Source: Blastocladiella emersonii ATCC 22665
Taxonomy: Eukaryota; Fungi; Blastocladiomycota
NCBI GenBank assembly: GCA_025594325.1
Contig: JANHCV010000001.1
Location: 3,906,001 to 3,970,000 of the forward strand
Direction of reading: 5' to 3'
Length of the DNA stretch: 64,000 nucleotides
The notes beneath the pieces were generated by a model. It searched no databases, was not told where the DNA came from, and saw nothing but the letters and a program-made list of their open reading frames with translations. Of the stretch, positions 35,048 to 44,224 are shown piece after piece. The translations under genes and the position numbers were made by a program. Each line of letters begins with the position of its first letter. Positions within the stretch are counted from its first letter, which is position 1.

Positions 35048-36319
35048 TCATGTGCTGCTTTTGGCCGATCGGGCAGATAATGAACGGACAATGCTGTTGG
35101 TCGGGGTCGACGGCGCGGAGGGTGCGCGCGAGAAGAGTATGACGAGGGAGAATCCAAAGTAGTACGCGAAGATCACGATCCCATCGGCCATGGTGTGGAT
35201 CATGGTCGGGATCAGGTAGAGCCAGTTGCGAATCAGCGGGAATGAAGTCGAAAGATTGGCGTGGATCACCTCGAACGCGATGATGTCGAGTCCGTTGATC
35301 AAAGCGAACTGTGAGGACAACCCGATTGCGCCGAGGATCAGGAGACGTAGCTGTGTCAGACTCAACGCGCGAGCGCGTCGCGGGTCCTGCGCCTGGCTGG
35401 CACTACTGCCGCTGCCCTCGCTCGATTGCCCCTGGCTCGATGTTGACGCTCGCCCAGGCTTGGCGAGCGGCGCGGCCGAACCTATGACGGCCGACTTCTT
35501 GACAGCAGGGCCAGTAGCAGCTGCGTCACCAAGCGGCTTGTCTTCTTCCTTCGTGGACATGAAGCTTTCGGGACGCGATGGTGCGACGGTGGTGATGCGA
35601 TGGCGCTCGTTGGACTCGATCACGATGAGAAGCTGCATGCCGAAGAGCGCGAGCGACTGACCGAGGAAGGCAGCAAAGAAACCCCAAGCGGTCCAAAGCG
35701 CCGCTCGCCATGCTCGAGCCTCAGCCCACGTCAATGCCAACCCGAGTCCGATCGAGATGCTGTTGGTTGCAACGACGTGGACGAGCAGAAAGTAAAGCAT
35801 GATCAGGTTGAGCACCTTGGGTTTCGGGACCGGGGCCGCGAGGATGAGTCGTTTCCACGCGGGAAGCTGTTGTTGGTCGAACCCACTGGCGATGGTCGCG
35901 GCGCCAGATGGGATACTTGAGAGAATACCGACGAGATACAGGATGAGGCCGATCTCTGCGGCAGTGTACCGCAAGTTCTGGAACACATGGCGCAATAGGG
36001 GAGACCCTACGTCAAAGTAGACGAGCAAGTGCCACGGAATGATGGTCGGAAACCCGAAGGAGAAACCAGCCATCAAGCACTCGTTTGGCATGGGTTTGAG
36101 TCGCCCCGATTCCGAGTTGCGAGGCGCAAACAGCCGGCGCCGCTGCCTTACGAAGGTGTGGTACAGCGTGTGAAAGGCGAACGGGACCGCGAGGCAGGCC
36201 ATGCAGAGTCCGACGATGTGGAACGTCGCCACAACCTGCGCCGTGTCTGAGTCGACGTTGTGAGCCGTTGCGGCCCAATCGCCGAACGGAGGGGATTTAA
36301 GACGATCTTCGTGATTCAT
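35048..36319 (-). CDS. Orphan seven-transmembrane (GPCR-like) protein, intronless; start uncertain (open to 36568)
   Basis: Seven hydrophobic segments by eye, a long polar loop between segments 5 and 6, and a Ser/Thr-rich C-tail. No family signature recognised. Confidence 0.6.
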   Translation of the reverse strand: MNHEDRLKSPPFGDWAATAHNVDSDTAQVVATFHIVGLCMACLAVPFAFHTLYHTFVRQRRRLFAPRNSESGRLKPMPNECLMAGFSFGFPTIIPWHLLVYFDVGSPLLRHVFQNLRYTAAEIGLILYLVGILSSIPSGAATIASGFDQQQLPAWKRLILAAPVPKPKVLNLIMLYFLLVHVVATNSISIGLGLALTWAEARAWRAALWTAWGFFAAFLGQSLALFGMQLLIVIESNERHRITTVAPSRPESFMSTKEEDKPLGDAAATGPAVKKSAVIGSAAPLAKPGRASTSSQGQSSEGSGSSASQAQDPRRARALSLTQLRLLILGAIGLSSQFALINGLDIIAFEVIHANLSTSFPLIRNWLYLIPTMIHTMADGIVIFAYYFGFSLVILFSRAPSAPSTPTNSIVRSLSARSAKSST

Positions 36320-36720
36320 TCGAATTTCATCCGGTGTTCGGTGATGTGGAACAGCTTGTGTCCGGCGCGACGGAAAGAAGAAACTGGGCACGCTCGCGGC
36401 ATTTGGTCTGGTGGTCCGCATTGAAAGGCCGCAGAGAGTACAGAGCACCAAGTTCGACTGTGTGAGACGTCTCATTCGTCTTGCAGCGAGCGTGTCGCCC
36501 GACAGGTGCGAGACAAAAGCGCGAGACACCTTACGGGACGCGACGCGAAAATAGGTGACCCGCCCCACGTGATTTGGCTTCGATAAAGCGTCGCGTTTTT
36601 CGAGCGAGCGGCACCACCCGCGAACCGACCTCTGCTATGGAAGGCGCCCAAAACTCTCCTCTGACCTCGCGGCTCGCCCTCTCTCCCCTCGCTCGCAGCA
36701 AAGATCACACCCACATTGCA

Positions 36721-38464
36721 ATGTCTGCCATCGTCGCCGCGTCACACAAGCACCCCGCGCCCGAGGGTGTCGTGTTCACCTACGGCACCGCCGGCTTCCG
36801 CATGAAGTACGCGCAACGCAGGCTCGTGTGACCCGAGGCCGCGAAGCAGGCGCTGACGGGCACCCCGCTCGCTCCCCGTGTAGGGCCGAGCTGCTCGACT
36901 CGGTCATCTACCGCGTTGGCCTGCTCGCCTCGCTGCGCTCGCGCTACCTCGGCGGCAAGACGATCGGCGTCATGATCACGGCGTCGCACAACCCCGTCCA
37001 GGATAACGGCGTCAAGCTCGTCGACCCCATGGGCGAGATGCTTGAGCAGTCGTGGGAGGCCCACGCCACCGAGCTCGCGAACGCCCCCACCCACGAGCGC
37101 GTCGCCGAGCTGTACGCCGAGATCGCCAAGGCCCACAACGTTGACGTCGCCTCGGTCGCCAACGTCATCTTTGCCCGCGACACTCGGTACGCGCGCCCTT
37201 CGATCGGATGGTTACGCGGGGACCGTCGCTCACTCCCGCCCGCTCTCCGTGTAGCCCGTCGGGCCCCGCTCTCGTCCAGGCCCTCGCCGACGGTCTGACC
37301 GCCGCTGGCGCCACCTTTGTCGACCACGGGCTCAAGACGACCCCGCAGCTGCACTACCTCACCCGCTGCATCAACGACGCGACGTACGGCGAGCCGACCG
37401 AGGAGGGCTACTACACCAAGATCTCCAAGGCGTACAAGGACCTCGTGGCCGGTCTCCCGGCCCTCGACGTGACCGTCGACTGCGCCAACGGCATCGGCGC
37501 GCCCAAGCTCGTCGACATTGCCCAGCACCTCGGCGACTCGGTCAAGCTGACGGCCGTGAACGGCGACACGGTCAACGGCATCCTCAACTACCGCTGCGGC
37601 GCTGACTTTGTCAAGGTCAACGTCAAGCGCCCCGAGGGCTTTGTCGTCAAGCCCAACGCGATCCACGCGTCGTTCGATGGCGACGCCGACCGCATCGTCT
37701 TCTACTACGTCGACGACAAGGACGAGTTCCACCTCCTCGACGGCGACCGCATCACGGCGCTCGTTGGTGCCTTCATCATCGAGCAGGTCCGCGCCGCGGG
37801 CCTGTCGCTCGACGTGGGCGTGGTGCAGACGGCGTACGCCAACGGCAACTCGACGCACTACCTGCGCGACTCGCTGCAGGTCCCCGTGGCCTTCACGCAG
37901 ACGGGCGTCAAGCACCTGCACCACAAGGCCGAGGAGTACGACATTGGCGTGTACTTTGAGGCCAACGGGCACGGCACCGTCATCTTCTCCAAGAAGGCGC
38001 ACGCGACGATCGCGGCGGCCGACGCGTCCAAGCCCGCGCTGCGCGTGCTCAAGTCGCTCATTGACGTGATCAACGAGACGGTCGGCGACGCCATTTCGGA
38101 CCTGCTCGTCGTGCTCGGCGTGCTGTCGCACCGCGGCTGGACCCTCGCCAACTGGGACGCCCTGTACGACGACCTGCCGTCGCGCCTCGTCAAGGTGGTG
38201 GTGGCCGACCGCGCCGCCTTCAAGGCCATCAACGCCGACACGGAGCTCGCTGAGCCCAAGCACCTGCAGGCGCTCATCTCGGCCGAGGTCGCCAAGGTGC
38301 CCCGCGGCCGCAGCTTCGTCCGCCCCTCGGGTACCGAGGACGTGGTCCGCGTCTACGCCGAGGCCGAGACCCGCGAGGCGTGCGACCAGCTCGCATACAC
38401 GGTCGCTGGCCTCGTGTTCGACAAGGCCGGCGGTGTGGGTGCTCGCCCTGCCGAGTTCCTGTAA
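36721..38464 (+). CDS. AGM1: Phosphoacetylglucosamine mutase, 3 exons
   Basis: YGTAGFR, GVMITASHNP phosphoserine loop, DGDADRI, GVVQTAYANG, FEANGHGT, RSFVRPSGTEDVVRVYAE. Confidence 0.95.
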
Positions 38465-38687
38465 GCATCTAGCTAGGTATACAACTTCTCGCAACATGAG
38501 AGAGCAGATTTGATTTGACTCTCTTTGACGCAAACCCTGTGAGACGAGAGACGGAAAGCGCGTGTCCTGCAGGCGCCGAGAAAGAGACGCCGAGAAAAAG
38601 ACACGTCGCGTTCGGCCGAGTGGGAGACGCGTCGCGCCACGCGCGCGACTCCGCAGGATCGCCTGCGTACAAATCGTCCACCGGATT

Positions 38688-41600
38688 ATGGCGCCTCCTG
38701 GTAGCTCCGAACTACCGGATCTAACACATGCAGCATCGAACACCACCATGTTATGCAACTACGATCATCATGGACCTCGATCTTGGCCGAGGCCACGATG
38801 GCCACTCGCGACTGCATTGCTGCTGGTCGTGGCCACCGTCCTCCTCCTCGCGGTTCCACCCGCCGTAGCCGCGGCAGTTAACATCAGCCTCATTTTCACG
38901 TCGTCGTTCAATGGCGAGGCCACGGGCCTCGCGGTCAGCGGCAGCACGTACGGCGGGTATGCCCGTCTCAAGACCGCGTACGACCGGCTCGCGGCGGGCG
39001 CGCCACCATCCTCGACCGTAATGCGCATGCACCTGCACAACGCGATCGGGACCACGCTCTTCGACCAGTTCTTCCAGGGGCAGATGGAGAAGACGCTCAT
39101 GGGCATGGTCGGCATCGAGCTGACGGGGATGGCCACGCGAGACATGTTCACGCCCCTCGACACGCTGGCGACGAACCTGTACCAGGGCGCCAACTACTCG
39201 CTGGTCTGCTCGGATTGCATGGTACGCGACACTCTCCGCCTGAAGCGGTGCTGAGCACTCACGGTTGTGGCCACCACTCGTAGGTTCCGAATTCGCACCC
39301 GTTGTACTCGGTCATGAACCGTGTCGTGGTTCGCGAGTTCAACGGCGTCCGCGTCGCCTTCCTGTCGTTCCATACGGACGACCAGTGCCTTAAGGGTACG
39401 CGCGCCCGTTCGCGCCGCAGAACTTCATCGCTGACGCCTGACTCGCCTCGTAGTCACGACTTGCACTGTCACCAACAACGGCACGACCAAGGAGGTCATG
39501 TACTTCCAGCCCAACCGGATACAGGACACGATCAAGCTCGCACGTCTCGTTTACCGCGCCGACTACGTGATCACCATGGGCCTCGGCAACGTGGACTCGA
39601 TTGACCTCGACCGCGTGTCCGCCGACCTGTACACGGGGCTCGACTTCGTCCTGTCGATCGACTTCTCGGCGCCGACGCCGGTGCCCGTGTACTCTGCCGG
39701 CGGGATCCCGCTGTTCTCGGCCGCGGGCACGGGCGGGACCGAGGTGGCGCGCGTCGACCTCGAGCTCAACCCGGGCTCGCCGCTGCGCGTCGTCGGCAGC
39801 GCCAAGATCACGACGCTCAAGTGCGCGAGCGAATCGGCGCCGACGCCCAACTGCACCGTGGCCGACCCGGTGGTCCAGGCGGCCGTCGACCAGGCGCTCG
39901 TCCAGGTGAACCAGTTCACGACGACCGTGGTCGGTGCCACGACCAACCTGCTCAACAACACGCTGTGCGGGACGCGCGAGTGCGCGCTCGGCAACCTCGT
40001 CGCCGACTCGCTGCTGTGGGACGGGGCCGCGCGGTGTGACCACATGATCCTCAACCAGGGCTCGCTGCGCACGACCATCAACGCGGGCAACATCACGATT
40101 GGGACGATCCGCACGCTGCTGCCGTTCCAGAACCGGCTCGCCTACTTCAAGATCAAGGGCCGCAACCTGCTCGACGCGCTGACCAACGGCGTCAGCCGCA
40201 CCGAGCTCCCCAGCGGGCGGTTCCCGCAGGTCGCCGGCATGCGCATCAACTTCCACCCGACGCGCAAGTGGTTTATGATCGACAGCGCCGGGTACGGCCT
40301 GCGGCTGCAGTCGGTGCAGATGCGCGACCCGGCGACGGGCACGTACTCGGACATCGTCATGGACAAGGTCTATCGGATGTGCGGCAGCGACTACCTGACG
40401 AGCGGCGGCGACGGCTACGTGCAGTTCAAGACGCTCGCGACCAACATTGACAGCTTCGGCCCGCAGATGGACGAGGTGCTCGCGCGGTACCTGCGCGCGG
40501 TCGGCACCGTGTCGCCCGTGGCCGAGAACCGCCTGTTCGCGTCCGAGTCGAACGCGGCCACGCTGATCGGCAACTGTAACTACCCGCCGGTGCTCCTGAC
40601 GGGCGCCTCGGGCACTTTCACCGACTACTGCGGCGCCGGCCGCCGCGCGTACACGAACGTCACCTTCGTCATCCAGCCCAACGTCACGACGCCCGTGCGC
40701 AGCATCGAGGTGACGCTGTCGGGGCTCGACTTCACGGCGCGCGGGCAGGACTACGTGACGCTGCACGCGGGCCCGACGGTCCTGAGCCCGCCCGTCACGC
40801 TGATCATGAACGGGACCCGCGTCACAGCCAACTACACGGTGGCTACGGGCCTGCCCGCGAAACCGCTCAACGTGTTCGCGTCGGCCATCGTCGTGCACTA
40901 CGAGTCGCGCATCGAGACGGCCGGCGCGGGGCTGACCGTCAGCTACACGGCGCGCAACACGTGCCCGAACGGGTACGTCCCCGTCGACGAGACGGGCTGC
41001 TTTGCGTGCGGGACGGGCTACTTCAAGAACGCGACCGTCGCCGGGTGCACCGCGTGTCCCGCGGGCTCGTACTCGGCGTTCGTCGGCAGCCCCGAGTGCA
41101 GCGAGTGCGCGGCGCCGTCGTACTGCCCGTCGGCGGGCATGTCGGACACGCTGATGTGCGCGACGAACCGCGGGTACGTGCGCAAGTCGGCCAGCCTGTG
41201 CGTGTGCCCCGACGACACGCGCGAGACGGCCAACGGATGTATTCTCGCGCCCACGTCGAGCTCGAGCACGTTCGCCATCGTCAGCGTGTCGGTGATTGGC
41301 CTGGTGCTCGTCATTGGCGGGGTCTGGTACCGCAAGCGTGTGCAGAAGCTCCGTGACAAGGCGCTCGGGCGGCACCTGCAGGCGCGCAAGATCAAGGTAG
41401 TCTCTAAGCGCGCGCAGCTGCTCGTCGACGCAACCAAGAGCGGGTTTTTCATTGCGCTTGACGCGGTCGAGATTGGGTTCGATTGGTGGACGTACTTGTC
41501 GTTCAACGAGGGCGACACCTTCAAGGTCGTTTACATGGTCGTCGCGGTCGTCGGAACGACGGTCGCGCTCATTTCGATGGCCCTCCGCGCGCTGTTCGCG

Positions 41601-42524
41601 TACCGCATGTACAAGATCTCGACCGAGGGCATCGAGGTGCTGCAGCGCAAGAAGGCCAAGGGCAAGCGCGGCAGCAAGCTCCCTCTGCCGACGCCGCTCA
41701 CGGCCAAGGTCGACCCGAGCAGCGGCGGCGGGCTCGACAAGGAAAAGGGCGGGGCGGCGAGCGAAATGGACCTGCAGGCGACGCTCGGCGACGACCCGGA
41801 CTTTGTCGACCAGTTCCGTAAGCTGCACCTGTCGCGCGAGCACCTGCAGCACACGCAGTACGTGGCGCTGCCCGGCTTGCTCAAGTCGCTGCCCGTCATG
41901 GTCGTCGAGCTGCTGGTAATCGGGTCGGGCGACTCCAAGAAGCCCGCGCTCCTCCTCACCGGCGCGTTCGGCGTCAGCTGTCTCTCGTTCGCGCTCAACT
42001 TGCAGGTGTGCGGCGAGTGGCTCACGACGCTGCACGAGTACCGCCGGCAGAAGCTCTTCATCGACAAGCGGCTGCGCGACTTCGGCATGGCGCGCGCGTC
42101 GCGCATCGAGGCCAACAACTCGCGCGCCACCATGAAGAGCATACGGCGCGGGTCGGGCCCTGGCGACGGCGGGATCCCGGCGTTGCTGGGCGCACCGGCC
42201 ACCGACTCGGTGCTCGTCCCCGCAGCGCTGCGGGTCGGCGGGATCACGGCAACGGCGCCGATCCACGGGAACGAGCACCACGGCGGTGGCGAGCACGCGG
42301 GGATCGGTGGCGGCACGACGCTCGACCGGCTGCAGCCGGTGCCCGAGGAGTCGCGGCCATCGAGCGGCGTCGACCTGCTCGCACCGATGGGCGACGCGGT
42401 GAGCACGGCGCTCCCCGTGTCGATGCCGGCGAGCCGGTCGCCGTCGTCCGACCTGCTGTCGTCGTCGATCAACGCCGCGGGCGGAGGCGGCGGCGTCAAG
42501 AAGCGAACCATCAACTTTGGATAA
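38688..42524 (+). CDS. Receptor-like membrane protein: signal peptide, degenerate 5'-nucleotidase (N and C domains), CUB, Cys-rich (GCC/ephrin-receptor-like) repeats, about 5 TM helices, cytoplasmic tail; 3 exons
   Basis: GGYARLKT, ECALGNLVADSL, NQGSLR, LLPFQN, GRFPQVAG, YLTSGGDGY (5'-NT). ASGTFTD...DYVTLH...GAGLTVSY (CUB). CPNGY, CGTGYF, CPAGSYS repeats. FAIVSVSVIGLVLVIGGVWY and further TM segments. Introns at about 39222-39283 and 39396-39453. Start 38688 or 38748. Confidence 0.8.
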
Positions 42525-42629
42525 TGTCTGCATTTCGGGGAGTCGGAGATCATAGAAATTCATTAGCTTGCGTGAGGCGAGGAAAGCAAGTGCCGCAAAA
42601 GCCGAGGCTCGGAGAAGTCAGGTCAGCGA

Positions 42630-42677
42630 GCCGAGCGACCGACCCGACCGACCACCGACCGACGAGCCGACCGACCT
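42630..42677. repeat. Imperfect (CCGA)n microsatellite upstream of PTGR3
   Basis: gccgagcgaccgacccgaccgaccaccgaccgacgagccgaccgacc read directly. Confidence 0.5.
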
Positions 42678-42747
42678 CTGAAAGCGCGTTGCGCCCACTC
42701 GGCCCTTGCTCCCTCTCCACCACACCCTCAGATCGCCCTGAAAACGA

Positions 42748-43818
42748 ATGAACATGACCTCGCCGCTGCCGACCACCTACTCGCGCGTCGTGTGCGTCAA
42801 GCAGACCTTCGACTTTGCGCAGGGCACGGTCGTCGAGCGCGACGCCTCGATGGCGGACCTCGAGGCGCAGCTCGCGGCCAACCCGACGCTGGTGCTCATC
42901 CAGGCGCGCATTCTGGGCCTCAATGCGTCCGACGTCAACTACATCAAGGGTTCGTACGACCCCAAGGCTAAGCCGCCCTACACGGCAGGTTTCGAGGCCC
43001 TCGGCAAGGTGGTCCGCGTCGGCGCCAAGGTGACCGCCGTCAAGGTCGGCGACTGCGTCGGGACCATGAGCTTCGGCGCCTTCAGCGAGTTCATCGTGCT
43101 GCCCGAGCGCCTCGTGTTCCCGATCCCCGAGATCCGCCCCGAGTACCTCGGGCTCATGGTCAACGGGCTCACGGCGTACCTCGCCCTCCACAAGACGACG
43201 CCGCGCGGCGTCGAGCCCGGCATGAAGGTCCTCGTCACGGGCGCCGTCGGCGCCACGGGCCAGATCGCCGTCCAGGTCGCCAAGGCCGCCGGCTGCCACG
43301 TCATCGGCACCTGTGGCAACGAGGACAAGGCCGTGCAGCTGCGTGCACTCGGCGCGGACCGTGCCATCAACTACCGCACCGAGGACGTCGGCAAGGTCCT
43401 CCGCTCCGAGTACCGTCGCGGTGTGGACCTCGTTTTCGAGGGCATCGGCGGCAAGATGTTCGAGCAGGCCCTCGCTTCTCTTTCCCCTCGCGGCAACCTG
43501 ATTGTGATCGGCGCGGCGTCGACGTACCACGCCGAGGGCCGCATCGACGAGCTTTGGCAGGACAAGGTCCCGACCTACCTGCTGCTGCACAAGTCCATCG
43601 GCGTCGTCGGCTTCTTCCTCAACCACTACGCCAAGGACATCCCCGAGGCGTGGACCTGGCTCGTCAAGACCTTCGCCAAGGGCAAGCTGCAGGTCGCTGT
43701 CGACCCGACGCCGTTCTTCGGCCTCGACCAGGTCAAGGACGCGGTCGCGTACATGCAGACCGGCAAGAACATTGGCAAGATTGTCGTCGACCTGCGCAAG
43801 GGCAACAGCAAGCTGTAA
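42748..43818 (+). CDS. PTGR3: Prostaglandin reductase 3 / ZADH2-like MDR-family NADPH oxidoreductase, peroxisomal, intronless
   Basis: GLNASDVNY, GFEALG, GLTAYLAL, VLVTGAVGATG, GVDLVFEGIGG, GFFLNHY, YMQTGKNIGKIVV. C-terminal SKL is a PTS1 signal. Confidence 0.85.
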   Translation: MNMTSPLPTTYSRVVCVKQTFDFAQGTVVERDASMADLEAQLAANPTLVLIQARILGLNASDVNYIKGSYDPKAKPPYTAGFEALGKVVRVGAKVTAVKVGDCVGTMSFGAFSEFIVLPERLVFPIPEIRPEYLGLMVNGLTAYLALHKTTPRGVEPGMKVLVTGAVGATGQIAVQVAKAAGCHVIGTCGNEDKAVQLRALGADRAINYRTEDVGKVLRSEYRRGVDLVFEGIGGKMFEQALASLSPRGNLIVIGAASTYHAEGRIDELWQDKVPTYLLLHKSIGVVGFFLNHYAKDIPEAWTWLVKTFAKGKLQVAVDPTPFFGLDQVKDAVAYMQTGKNIGKIVVDLRKGNSKL

Positions 43819-44224
43819 ATGGGTGTGGTGCATGGCAGTGTTGAGATGGGCGGAGAAGGAGAAAATCAAAGCGTTTCTAAGTATCCAGCCCACGTGCAAA
43901 TGATCGCCGCGAGATTCCCACGCTCGTCTCCTTGCTTCCGCTCCGCCGTCTCCGCCCGGAGCGGGAGGAGATCTCGCGCGGAGATGCACGCCATCCCGCT
44001 GCTCTCTGCCGAACCGCTGACTGGCGACGACGACTTTCATGGATACCGATGCACGCGTGAGCGCACTTTGGGCAGGAACGCCGTCGCCGTCGGGTGGCAG
44101 CGCCTGGCAGCGGACGCCTTCCGGGGTCGCTGTCGCCCTCGCCCTCTCTTCTCTCTCCCCGGCCGCATCCCTTGCCACGGACCCGACCCCTCGCTTGTTG
44201 CAACCAAGCTGATCCGAGGTCGAC

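Noticed and set aside
35048-36319. 7TM protein as a rhodopsin linked to the nearby carotenoid gene
   Set aside because: There is no Schiff-base Lys in helix 7 and no microbial or animal opsin motifs.
39390-42563. 1057-aa minus-strand ORF, and similar long antisense ORFs (50971-54024, 14389-16188, 10924-12774, 46482-48434, 57801-59483)
   Set aside because: They are shadow frames of real genes on the opposite strand. High GC3 codon bias suppresses antisense stops, and the translations are Arg/Ala/Gly-rich with no motifs.
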